Positions 23,701 through 35,745 of a stretch of DNA of 64,000 nt are shown piece after piece; position 1 is the stretch's first letter; each line of letters opens with the position of its first letter. Made by a program: the position numbers and the translations under genes. The DNA comes from Podarcis muralis. Its lineage: Eukaryota. The stretch lies in the NCBI RefSeq assembly GCF_964188315.1, contig NC_135668.1, forward strand, positions 30,504,001-30,568,000, read 5' to 3'. The notes under the pieces were generated by a model. It had not been told where the DNA came from. It saw nothing but the letters and a program-made list of their open reading frames with translations, and ran no database searches.

Positions 23701-26700
23701 AAAGCAGATGTTCTGCTCTGCAAAGCAGGTGTATCGGGCGGCGGCGGCGGCACCCTCGGAGGTGAAGGAGCAGTTGCCGCCTTCTCCGCAGTCCCTGCGA
23801 ACACCAAAGATGCCCCCCGCTCAGTGTGGGACGGCCATGGCTGCTCCCTCCGTGAGCCAGGAAAGTCCCACAGCCGCAGCCGTGATGCTCAAGAGGACCC
23901 CAATTGGGGCAGCCGTGGCGCGAGACCCGCGCGCAGGCGCCCGGAGCGGCTTCGTGCAGTCCGGCGGCTCCCGAGTAGGAGGCGGCGGCACCTGCCTAGC
24001 TTGTGAGGCGCTGCTGAGTCGCCCCGCGTTTCCTGCCTCGTCAGCCTGGGCTCCAGCCGCAACATGAGTATTGGCGCCTCGGATCGGAACGAGTTCTACC
24101 AGCAGCTGCGGCTGCAGGAGCTGTACGGCAAGGAGGGCGAGGAAGGCGGCGAGGACCCTTTCACGTACACGGACCCGGCGGACGGGACGCAGTACGAGTG
24201 GGATCCCGACAAGAAGGCCTGGTTCCCGAAGGTTACTGAAGATTTCCTGGCAACATATCACGCTAACTACGGCTTTCCCGCTGAAAGTTCAGATAGTTCA
24301 TCTGCATCTCTTAGAAGGACCGAATCTAAAACGCCTACAGATTCAAAGGCTACCCAGGTCCAGCAGGCAAATGTAAACCAAAAGGAGAGAGAATAAAACC
24401 TGGCGCAGGATGGTTTCATGTTGAAGAACAGAGAAACACAAATGTATATGTGACAGGTTTACTGCCAGACATTACAAAAGATGAGTTCCTGCGGGTTATG
24501 TCAAAATGTGGTATTGTTATGCGTGATCCACAAACAGAGGAGCCTAAAATTAAACTTTACAAAGACAAAGAAGGAAATCTGAAAGGAGATGGGCTCTGCT
24601 GCTACTTAAAGAGAGAATCTGTTGAACTAGCATTCAAACTATTGGATGAAAATGAAATTAGAGGCTACAAATTGCATGTGGAAGTTGCACAGTTTCAACC
24701 GAAGGGGGAGTACGATGCCAGCAAGAAGAAAAAGAAATGCAAAGACTACAAGAAGAAACTGCCTCAACAACAAAAACTTCTGGATTGGAGACCGGAGAAG
24801 AAAGATGTCAGTGTTCGAATGCGGCACGAGCGTGTTATCATTATCAGGAACATGTTCCACCCAAGCAATTTTGAGGAAGATCCTTTAGTGCTAAATGAGA
24901 TAAGAGAAGATCTTCGGACAGAATGTGAAAAGTTTGGACAAGTAAAGAAAGTAATTTTATTTGATAGGCACCCAGATGGTGTTGCTTCTGTGTCATTTAA
25001 AGAAGCAGAAGAAGGAGATGCCTGCAAACAGGCACTCAACAGGCGATGGTTTGGTGGACGTCAGCTCTCTGTGGAGACATGGGATGGTGTAACAGATTAT
25101 CAGGTTGAGGAGACTTCAAGAGAAAGGGAAGAGAGACTGAAGGGTTGGCAAAAGTTTTTAGGTGATCCAAATACAGAAATGCCAAAAACAGCATCTGACG
25201 CAGATTCTTTGGAAATGTGTCCAGCTCCCAGAAGGCGTTCACAGTGCATCTGAGGGTGGCCCAAAGGGTGAAGCAGCTGAGAGAGGAGATAATGGCTAGG
25301 GTACCAATGAAGATGTCACAGCATCCACAGACAGCAGTGTTGCAGGCAGTGACGAGGAAGCGGAGACAGAATGTCTTTAACTCATTTGTAAAAGCATGTA
25401 TATAGGGTAACCTTTAGACCTCTATTATCCTGTGCTTCGAAGCAACTGCAGGCAGCATTCAAATGAATATAAATGCATTACCCTATTAAGATATCATCAG
25501 CGTGTTTTGAGGTGTTTCATTAAAAGCAACATTTAATGATCATCTTTAAAAACATATGTTCATATCTGCTGCTGTCCAAGCTGTGTGTATGTGACCATAA
25601 GTTGCCAAGGGCCTACTGAACTGACCAGCTGTCTTACATTATATCTTTGCTTGTCAGTGAAGTCCATTAGTGTGAGCAGGTACAAACTTGCAGTTCCTAT
25701 TAACTACACAATGACCTTTAGAATTACAGAGGTATGAATGCTTTCAAATTTTTTGCTCCAAGTTTCCTTAATGCCCCAATCTTTGGGTGTTCTAGTACTT
25801 ATTGGGATGAGCTGGCTTTTCTGATACTGCACACTTTAAAAATAACAGATCACTGAGAATACATTACAGTATTGGCACCCTGTACATGTAGCTGGGGAGT
25901 GGGAAAATAATTATCACCCGCAATTAATAAAGATAAATGTTCTGAAAGTACTCTCCTAGGATGCCAAGTTTTCGATGACTGAAGTTCCCCATTCATTTTA
26001 ATTCACTTTAAATCCTGATGAGATTAGATGACAAATAGGAAAAATGTGTAAATAAGACTGATCTCTGTTTTTAATTTTTTGATGATGAATTCATATTGGA
26101 AACAAAGCGAGAGCTTGTGTGGTGGAAGTGCTATTCTTTTTTTCATATTACTGCATTCAAATATAGTTTGGTTTCAGGCGTTTGTTTCAGGTAATGAGCA
26201 TATGGGGCCTGTTCTTTTTGTATGCTTGGTTTTACTACAGGAGACTACAAACGAAAATTGTTTTGAGATTCCCGCTCAAAATTGTTGCTCAGATTTTTAA
26301 AGACAGATCTTTGTTTACAGATACAAACCATTCAGAACTAGCAAACATTTGTGTCTTGGTTTTAAATGTACCTGACTTTCCAAATGTTGTATATAAAATT
26401 ATTTTCCAATACCATTTTTAACAAGATCTATCAAATCAACTGCACTGAAAACCATCAAACTTACTATTTTTAAGCTCAATTCAGACATAATGAGAAACCA
26501 TGAACTTCCATGATAAGAATGAGCAACAGTGGGCGTCTTCCTCCTAATGTTTAGCATACCCGTTCTGTATTTGGGAATATGGGATTATGTTTTAAAAAAT
26601 TAAAGAGATTAAATTTGCATTTTAAAAAAAGAGGACGCTGCCCTGCATGGCCCATGGAGACCCTACCAGCTTCATCCCTTTCCCCATTCTACCAAGCAGC

Positions 26701-28705
26701 CACTTGCTGGAATGAACCTGCTGGCTGGGGTGGGCTGCCTTAGCCTTCACACACACCCCCCCAATCCAAACTGTCTTGCTCTAGTCCAGGATTTCCCAAA
26801 GTTGGGTCTCCAGCTGGTTTTGGACTACAACTCCCATCATCCCTAGCTAGCAGGACCAGTGGTCATGGATTATGGGAATTGTAGTCCAAAAACATCTGGA
26901 GATCCAACTTTGGGAAACCCTGCTAGTCATTCCAGATGCAGAAGGACTTAAAGGAAAGGAAAGCTGAAGGCGTGAAGGGAGCTGGCAGTGGCCAAGAAGG
27001 GCCTCAGCTGCCCTCTGGCTCAGCAGCTAAAGTGGCTTCCATCCTGGCAGCTGTGAGGAGACACACCCACCACAGATGTGCAGCAGGGTTGTCTGATGGC
27101 ACAAGCCTGACCAGCATTAACTAGAGAGCAGACTCAGCTACAGCCGAAGCAGCTGGTTAAGTATGTCCACAAAGGTGTGCCAAGGAGCCCCAGGGGTTAG
27201 CAGAGAAGGGGGCCATTCCCCCCCCCTCGCCCCACTCCCAAGCAAAGCCAGGATTTGGGAGCCACAGAGAAAGATATTCTGCCCCCAAACCCTGTGAAAG
27301 TCATGGGAGCAGCCCTAAAGTTCCAGGGGGTTGGGGTCAACGGCATGTCTTCCTCCACATCCATACATACCATGTTGCTGTGAGATGGTACTGAGCTCTG
27401 CCGGAGGCGTGGGGGTCATTTCCCCACATGCATGTTAAGGTCTGGATGTAGTCGGCAAAACAGGTGAGATTCCCACAAGCTGAAGCTGGAGGTGAGACAG
27501 GTGAGACAAATGTGGCTGCTCAGAGGATGGAGTGCATGATGCAGAGACCCATCTGTCCCCTACCCCACAATACAACTGAAAGATAATTGATTCTGGTAGA
27601 GGAGGTGGGTAGGCCTGCCTCCCGAAAAAACAAAACCCATCCAACCTACTAAATCTAGGTGCTTCGGTCAGAACCATCTCCACCTGCAGCTGTGCTCTGA
27701 AGCTCAGGCCTAAAAGCCTCCAATTCCAACTTCCTGGCCTTCCCTGTGATTGAACTTTGGACTTCTACTGCTGACCACTTGTGGATTTTGGGTGGTCATT
27801 CTGGTCAGCACAGGTGTTTGCTTATGGGTCACCTACAATAGGACATCCCTAGCAAGGGGATCAAGATCTCCACCCCATTGCCAAGGAATTGAAGGCTATT
27901 TCCACAGCAGGCTTTTAGTCGCCCCGCTTTGAGCACTCAGTCTTGATAGGGCATCCACACACCATCAGCATCTTTTTGTGGCTCAAAAATCCCTGTCCCA
28001 AACAATCAGGCTGAGAGGAGGTGCATACCCTCCAAAATTCCTCAGATGTAAATGTGGGAATGTTTAATAATACATCCCACAGAAAATAGGGACATTCTTG
28101 CAATTGGAGACTATGGAATAGGCATCTTGACACTATAGGGGAGGGGTGGAGAGCCTCTGGCTTGCGGGCCCACCTTGGCCTACCAGGGGCTGCACTTTGG
28201 CCTGCAAGATCGCATGCCCATCACTGGTAGTGTTGGCCAATGAGCAGGACAGGATTGAATCCCACAACGGCTGCACAATCCTGTTCCAATCCCTGCTCAT
28301 CAGCTGACATCTTTCCACCCCTAGTAGTGAGGGATGTGCCACAGTTGCACAGACACTCCATTTGGCTTTCACTAAGACACCCCTTGACATGGTGACAATG
28401 ATAATCCCCACCCCACTGAAAGCACTTTCACGTAAGGGCTTGGTGACACTGCTTGCACAAACTCATTGCACTGTTGCTTCTGGCAAACAGGTCTTTCTGC
28501 ATTGTTTCAAAATGTCTCGATGAGTGTTGTTTTTGGAAAGTGAATGAATAAGCTGCACTGCGTGCATGTGTGAACTTCCCCCTCCACTTCCTCCCACATG
28601 GAAAGCGAAACAACTTTCAATCATCTGAATGCATTCTTGGAGGCTGGGCTTACCTTGCTGAAGGAAGAGCAGCAGCAGCAGCCATCCCCACACCTGGTCT
28701 GCCAT
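19876..28705 (-). CDS. IL21R: Interleukin-21 receptor, 8 coding exons, 569 aa
   Basis: Exons: 28654-28705 (MADQVWGWLLLLLFLQQ), 27371-27485 (CGNLTCFADYIQTLTCMW), 23616-23794, 22820-22974 (KPSPPF..YELRYR), 22383-22551 (GAWSDWS), 21945-22044 (TM), 21438-21522 (Box1 IPSPAPFFQPLY..GDFK), 19876-20730 (KWVG, LSIDTVTV, LDLDTIDSGF..DCGSPV, PSYVKQWV). All GT-AG and phase-compatible; 1710 nt. The cytoplasmic motifs are diagnostic of IL21R. Confidence 0.95.
20738..20782. repeat. (GA)n microsatellite forming the pyrimidine tract of the IL21R last-exon acceptor
   Basis: About 22 GA units; on the gene strand this is (TC)n ending 7 nt before the exon start at 20730. Confidence 0.9.
23899..26630 (+). pseudogene. 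HTATSF1: Full-length processed pseudogene of HTATSF1 (Tat-SF1), antisense inside an IL21R intron
   Basis: Intronless. ATG at 24064 (..LRLQELYG..YEWDPDKKAWFPK), frameshift near 24375, RRM and UHM (NTNVYVTGL..KGDGLCCYLKRESV..RHPDGVASV..RWFGGR), second frameshift near 25225 and an in-frame TAG before the parental stop at 25378-25380. Long 3'UTR, ATTAAA near 26600, A-tail 26624-26630, candidate TSD AAGAGGAC at 23891-23898 and 26629-26636. Confidence 0.93.
26787..26922. mobile_element. hAT-like MITE
   Basis: Long imperfect TIRs CAGGATTTCCCAAAGTTGGGTCTCCAG / CTGGAGATCCAACTTTGGGAAACCCTG, with CTAGTC on both flanks. Confidence 0.65.
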
Positions 28706-29279
28706 CCTTCCTTTTGCCACAGTCCCTTGAGGCTCCCTGCAAGACAATTCAGAGCAACTTTATCAGGAATGTGAGATTCCAGGAAGGGATCCCAGAAACT
28801 TTCAGGCACTGAGTGAGAGGAGCATCTGGAGTCCAAATCCTCAAAGACCAGCCAGATTGCAAACTCACATTTTTTGAGCTGTCAGGGTGCCCTCACAGCA
28901 GGATATGCACAGACATGCAATTCACTGTATTCTTATTTTATTTTAATTTATGCATTTTCCATTTTTCTATTTACACATCATACATTTTCCATCATACAAA
29001 ATGTCGCTACAGACATCCCAACCCAACATACTGTGGCATTCCAGGTGTACCTTACATTGCTGCATATCTGATAATTCTCTGACCCTGTTTTTCTCCTTTC
29101 AATTCCTCCATTGTTAACTGTTGCTCATGAAATTACCCCTACTTGTAGGTTAGTTTTAGTATCATATATTTTAAAATATTCTCCGAGGCTTTGCCACTCG
29201 CCCCTTATCTGTTTCTCGCCTTGTAAATTCACTGTAAATAAGTGTCAAGTGATGAATATTGGGGCAAACAAACAAATAA

Positions 29280-30830
29280 AAACATAATTTCCCATATGGT
29301 CTAAATTTCTCATGTGGTCTAAACTGGTGGTGACAGACCAGAAATGAAATCTTGAGGTCATAATAGATAGCTCAGAGAAGACATTGACCCAGTATTCAGC
29401 AGCTGTGAAAAAGGCATTATTCCATAGTAGGGATCATTAGTGGGGGGAGATGGAAGATAAATCTGCCAGCATCATAATGCCATTATACAAATGAGACCAC
29501 ATTTGGAATATTGTGTACAGTTCTGATAACCTCAACTCTAAAAGGATAAGCTAGAGTTGGGAAAGGTTCAGAAAGGGGCAACCAAAATTATAAAGAAAGA
29601 CTTCAGCATTTGGGACCTTTAGAGAAAAGGTGAGTAAGAGGCAACATAACAGAAATTTATAGAATTATGCATGACACAGAGAATGTGGGTGGAGAACTCA
29701 TGAACATTCAATGAAGCTGAATGCTGAAAAAATCAAGATAGATAAAAGCAGCGCTTTTTCTTTCTTTGCAGGGAGTACTCGAGGGTAAGCAGTACTGGCA
29801 CCTCTTTTTTGTTGTAAAAAAGTCAGGCACTTACTGTAACAACTTCATGGCAAGTTGTGGCACCTATTTTTCTAGGGCGAAAAGCACTGGATAAAAGAAA
29901 GTCCTTCATGCAGGGCATAATTGAACTAAGGCATCCACATCACATGCCTTTAAAATGTGATTAGACCAATTCACGGAGGATAGAGCTATCAATGGATTCT
30001 ACTTGTCTATATATCATCACCACCAGATTTTATTGGTCAACCAAATGCAGGTTATAGTCCTCCAGGATCAAGAGCCTCTGACTGCCAGTTGCTCTCCAGA
30101 TCAGTGCCATCATCATGTCCTCCTACCTGTGGGCTTCCTATAGGCATCTGGCTGCCCAGGAGGGGAAGGAGACTCATTGGTCCCTCTTTGGCCTGATCCA
30201 GCAGGACTGGACTAATGTACAGAGATCCTCCGGGAGCTCTACCCAATCCCATTTTGCTTTATCCATCCTGAAAAATTTGGTGTCATCGCTAAACCTGGAC
30301 AATGCACTGCACCAGGTCATTGACAAAATTAGTTGAGACCCACAGGGAGCCCCATGCCATACACCTCTCCATTGTGAAAGCTGTCCATTTATTCCTGTTC
30401 TTGGCTTCCTGTCCCACTTTCTGAAGGAAGCACTCTTGCCTCCAAAAGCTTCTGTGTCTCTGTTCATTAACCACACCAACATCCTCTTGAACTGGTTGAC
30501 TCCTTCCCTGATCTGTGGTACAACTTCTAGCTGAACTTCTGTTACTGCAATTTTGGAAAACCACTCATGATGTTCTAGTTCTCAGACTGGTTCGGTACAG
30601 GCCAGATGAAAATACTGTCAGGTGGATTCACAGCTGTTGGAAAACCATCCATGGCTCTTCATCAAAATGGGGAGGGGGAGCGTGTCTCCATCCTTGGCTA
30701 GGTACTTTTAATCATTTTTATCACAGTAACTCAGTTGAGAGATGGAGGGGGTTCTTTTCAAATTAGCAAAGCTCAGGGTAACAGGAAAAACAAATGACCT
30801 TGACAGAAAGGACAACTGGGATGAAATTTA
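29280..30830. mobile_element. Cluster of old CR1 LINE fragments on both strands
   Basis: Degenerate RT text including FSDDTK on the minus strand near 30270 and a CR1 3'-type segment at 29.3-30.0 kb. Boundaries approximate. Confidence 0.7.
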
Positions 30831-30956
30831 ACAAATGTAGTTGACTAGGAGACTAGGGTTCAAAACCTACTCAGCCATCAAGTCCACTGAAGGGTGATAT
30901 TGGCCCAGTCACTGCCTCAGTCTAACCTACCTCTTAGGGTTGTTAATAGGATTAAA

Positions 30957-30985
30957 TAGTGTGTGTGTGTGTGTGTGTGTGTGTG

Positions 30986-31031
<46 letters not shown>
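30957..31031. repeat. Compound (GT)n(GA)n microsatellite
   Basis: Seen directly in the sequence. Confidence 0.95.
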
Positions 31032-31036
<5 letters not shown>

Positions 31037-32056
31037 GTGTATGCTACTTTGAGCTCCTTGGAGGAAAAGGAGGGATATAAAGGTGGGATAAAAGATGGAA
31101 GATGGTAATAATAAATAAAATGCAAACGCAAATGTACATATGAAGTGGACCTCACAATGGTGGTCAATCGCAAGTCTCACTGAGTTACATCAGACGTAGC
31201 CTTTTGGTTTTATTTTGAATTCGCAAAGATGAAAACCATCAGGCTGCAATTATCTGCTGATTTCTGAAAAATTATAACCCTGTTCCAGACAATAAACAAA
31301 CCAGAATCTGGGTAAAAGGCATTGTCAAATCATAAAATGAGTCAACCCACCGAAATTAGCTTTTTATTCCTTAAGAGAACCACTCAGGGGAAAAACAGAG
31401 CACATTGACAAGGTTTTGAGAGGTACATCTCTTTGTATACAGAAGAGTAATTCACTTAAGGCACAAATGATTAGTTTGTTCTGGAAAATAATGGTTTAGA
31501 GCCCACATGAATATTACAAAGAGAAATTTAAATATTTAAAATGTAACTTGCCCAAAAAAGGAACTGGTGGTTTAATAGGCCCCCCCCTCACACTGTGAGA
31601 TAAATTTATTAGTTTTCATTCCAGATACCTCTCAGTGAGGCTTACTAGAAGTGTAACCCCAGGCAGATTTAGGGGGAGAATTGCAACCTCTGGTGGATTG
31701 TGAACCCGCCAAGTGGTATTCAGAAATGACTCAGTCAGGATTTCAAAGAAAAGTCCAACTAGTACTAAATTCAGTTGTGATGGCTGGGCTGATTTACTAA
31801 CAAACCAGGGAAATTTTTATACTGTCAAAAAAAGAAAAATGCTTGAGAGAAGACTATATGAAAAAGAGAGTGAGGTACCATTTTTGTATGGATGTTTGTG
31901 TTAGCATCCAGAATGGAGAAGAGAGCAAATGGACTTCCCAGAGCCATCTGGCTGGTCACCATTAAAACCTTCCATTGTTTTCTTTCCAGGAAAATGGTTG
32001 GAAGAACTAAGCCACACTCCCCTAATTGATGTCCTGATCCAAACCCCCCTCTATCC

Positions 32057-32057
<1 letters not shown>

Positions 32058-32089
<32 letters not shown>

Positions 32090-32168
32090 TAGTCGTTTAG
32101 TTGTGTCCGACTCTTCATGATCCCATGGACCAGAGCACACCAGGCACTTCTGTCTTCCACTGCCTCCC
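32058..32168 (-). mobile_element. BovB (RTE) LINE 3' fragment with (CTG)n tail
   Basis: gtttagtcgtttagttgtgtccgactcttcatgatcccatggaccagagcacaccaggc matches the BovB 3' end in reverse. Confidence 0.8.
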
Positions 32169-32701
32169 GCTACTACATCTTTTTCCCCTGTGTAAGAGCC
32201 CATTCACACAACGCCCATGTCATTCCATTTTTAGCTGATGGGCCAGACCAGCAGGAATGTGGAGCTTTACCTTTTCGATACATACGGAGAAAATGAAGCT
32301 GCCAGCCAGGCCTGAGAGTTGCTTCTCCACCAGCAATTCCCAGCACCTTCCCGGTGGGCCCCCTTTGGCCTGACCCAGCAGAATCTCCTTATGTTCTCAT
32401 GTCGGGTTGGTGGCATCTCCTCCTTCCACTGTGTGGACGCACCCATTCCAGAATGGGGCGGGGGACAGAACATGGGCAAAGGAGGCTACAGGAGGTGGAT
32501 TTGCCTGCTGCCCATGACTCCATGCTTCCAAGCATGGGGTCAGGCCCTGGCAGCAGGAGGAACTACCATCATGGTGACCAAACGCTCAGCCACATGCTTG
32601 GTGTCTCTTCCCAACACACCTCATTGTGCCCAACGTTATTGTCCCCCCCCCCCCCGACTCCCTGCCTGGAAGCCACCGACCCTGGGCAGCCCCTTACTTA
32701 C

Positions 32702-32900
32702 CCAGCTTCACTGCTCTGGTCCTCTTCCTCAGTTGGCCATTGTCGCCTGGTGGGTCCTCGCTCAGCCTCCTGCGATGGTTGCCTTTTAGAGGTGCAAATG
32801 CCTTGATGAGTCATAACTAGATTTGGTTCTGGAACAGGCGTGACGTCAGCTTGCCCTGATATTACTGTATAAGCAGGAGGATGTGGTGAGGACATGAGGT
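32702..32900 (-). promoter_or_regulatory. Candidate IL21R non-coding first exon and promoter
   Basis: Strong minus-strand donor TGG|GTAAGT at 32702/32701 and a perfect CRE TGACGTCA at 32841-32848. The IL21R ATG exon has its own acceptor at 28736, so an upstream UTR exon is required. Confidence 0.3.
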
Positions 32901-33695
32901 GAGAGAAGGAGGAGGAGGTAGTGTCCTCAGCCAGTTCCCCTACCCTTCCCTCCTCCCCACAACTGAAAGCAGCATCCTGTAGGCAGACAGCTTTGCAACC
33001 TGCAGGTAAAGCAGTAGCCAGCGATGCAGGAGAGGCAGTTAGGGCACTGAAGCCTAGAGCAAAAGCCGCTGGCTGCTTTTAAAAAGCAGAGGAAACAGGA
33101 CTCAACCAGGTGGCAATTTGCAGCCTGCAGCAACCCATGACCTTCCGTGGCCAAGAGAGAGTTTGCCACGCACCTCCTCCCCATAAGCCCCATTCAGGTG
33201 TGCACCACCAAGTGCATTGGGGGAAAGTGGGAGCACACTCGAGGGTCCCTACTCTTTAGGGCCCATCTGTCTCCTGGCCTTGTGTAGGCTCCCTGTGAGA
33301 TCTAGAACCTTGAACATTCAGGGAATCCACATGAGCCCACTAGGCTCTTCTCCAGCCCAAGGAGGACCACAGAGATGGGATGGAGGGGATGGGAGATATG
33401 AGGATGGTGTGGCTCTTTCCCTAACAGCTATGGGAGGGCCTGGCAGCTGCAGCAGGCTCTCAAGAATCTGCCTTGGAAGGCAACATTCCTTCTATGCTCA
33501 GGAACTCCCTGCCAATTGAGATCAGGCTGTTCTGTTTTTGGTGCCTGCTAGAAATTGTTGTGTTTAGGCAAGCCAAGCATGTCATTTGATCATGTATATT
33601 TGCTCTTAAACTCTATTGACTTTATTAAAAAAAATTATTAAAGATTTTCTTGGATTACATGCCTTGTCTCATTTTTTCAGGTTGCAAAGTATTTA

Positions 33696-33937
33696 CAGTG
33701 GTACCTCGGGTTACATACGCTTCAGGTTACATACACTTCAGGTTACAGACTCTGCTAACCCAGAAATAGTGCTTCAGGTTAAGAACTTTGCTTCAGGATG
33801 AGAACAGAAAACGTGTTCCTGTGGCGCGGCAGCAGCGGGAGGCCCCATTAGCTAAAGTGGTGCTTCAGGTTAAGAACAGTTTCAGGTTAAGTACGGACCT
33901 CCGGAACGAATTAAGTACTTAACCCGAGGTACCACTG
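33696..33937. mobile_element. Tc1/mariner (Tigger-like) MITE
   Basis: TIRs CAGTGGTACCTCGGGTTA / TAACCCGAGGTACCACTG, TA duplication. Confidence 0.9.
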
Positions 33938-33944
33938 TATTACA

Positions 33945-35745
33945 AATCAGTTACATTTGTTGTGAGACATTAGTGTTGAGTACAGTATAAGGTTGGGGGA
34001 GAGGAGGGGTGGGGTGGTGGGGCTTATATTCCTTTGTATAGTGAACGTGTGGGGTTTTGTGTCAGCATCAACTGGGTAGATTTTCTTTCTGTTCATTTAT
34101 TACATTTCCTTGGTTGTGGGAGGTATTGGGGGGCAGGGTGTGGTTGGTTGTCTGCAGTGGGATCTTTTGCATTGGGGGAGGGAGGGCTTGTTGGGTCAGG
34201 TAAGCCAGATTGATTCGTATGCTGTCAGTGGATTCTTGTTGTTGTCTTGTTGGGCTGTGTACAGTATGTGATAAAGGAGAGCCATTCTGGGGTGAGGGTT
34301 TCTTCTTCTATTTGTCCCTGTGACAGTTTCAGTTTGTTGGTTAGCCTTTCTATTAAGGTCATTTCCCATACAATTTGATACCATTGGCCATGTTTACTCC
34401 TGACAGGTCTCTCCAGTGTCTGGCTATGAGGCTTTTGGCTGCTGAGAGTAGTTGGGTTATAAGCTCTGTGTTCTAGGACGATGTTCAGTAGGGCCAGTTA
34501 TGGGGTGAGTTCTATTTTTTTAAAAAAAGAAATATTTATTAAGGTTTTACAAAAAACATAGGTTTACAGAATAGAGAAAATTAAAACAAAGATTAACAAG
34601 CTAAAAAACACACATAGAAAAAAAGAAGAAAAAAGATACAAAATGCAAAAAACAAATAGCTAGAAAGAAAAAATTTAAAAAATAAATCCATTTTTCAATA
34701 TCTTTAGGCTCATTTACTTATTTCCTTGACCTCCTCACACCTCCCCTTTTTGTATTCCCATTTACAAAAACATTTCAGCAAATCCTTACCCTCTTTCATT
34801 TATCTTTACTCTATATCTTAGCCTATTATAACTATATATTTTCATCCATTATCAATCCGTATTTACATATTCTTGTTAATCTTGTTACCAATACCACTTA
34901 TTTTCAATCCAACATCATTTTAACATTCATTAATTTTACAGTATTTCTGCAAGTAGTCTTTAAATTTCTTCCAATCTTCTTCCACCAACTCTTCTCCCTG
35001 GTCTCGGATTCTGCCAGTCATTTCTGCCAATTCCATATAGTCTATCATCTTCATCTGCCACTCTTCCAGTGTGGGTAAATCTTGTGTCTTCCAATACTTT
35101 GCAATCAGTATTCTTGCTGCTGTTGTTGCATACCGAGTTCTAATACCTGTTTAGTTATTTTGCATACCTCTTGTAGGACTGCTGTCCAGAAGGGTTGGTT
35201 TTAGGGCATTCCCACCACATGTGGAAGTATGTGCCTGTGGAGATGCAGCCTCTCCAGCATCTTGGCAAGTTTCCTGTGTGTATCAGCGCCAGTTTACATG
35301 GTGTTAAGTACCACCTGTAGGTGAGTTTCAGAGTGAGCTCCCTTCTTTTGGCTGATATGGACTTAAAGGGAGGTTTAGCCCACATTCTAGTTCATTGGGT
35401 GGGGTTAATTTCATAGCCTATGTTGTGCTCCCATTGTTCTTTGATTGCGTCAAGGGGGTTTGTGGGATTTTGGAACAGTATTTTGTATATTGTGGATACC
35501 ATCCCTTTGCTGTGTCCCTCTGCTGTTGGGAGGTTTTCAAAGGTGGCCAAAAGAAAGCAAAACAATACATTTGGCACCTGCTGGGCTGCAGGAGTTGCTG
35601 GAAGGAAGTCTACAAGATGCCATCCTACCTCCTTAGGGACTCCACTCTGGATTTGTGCAGGGTTTACTCCGTAGCCTTTTTCTCTCCTGAATATGTTCTG
35701 CAAGGCAGTGAGTACGGGATTTACTACCAAAGACTTTCTCACAAA
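33945..35745 (-). mobile_element. Nested L1/Tx1-clade 3' fragments
   Basis: ORF2 C-terminal text on the minus strand (YATTAARILIAKYWK..EEWQMKMIDYMELAEM..EDWKKF; Cys-rich CWRGCISTGTYFHMWWECPK) and an A-rich tail near 34520. Confidence 0.8.

Noticed and set aside
24064-25380. Functional intronless HTATSF1 retrogene
   Set aside because: Two frameshifts, an in-frame TAG and substitutions at conserved residues (GLLPD for GLPPD).
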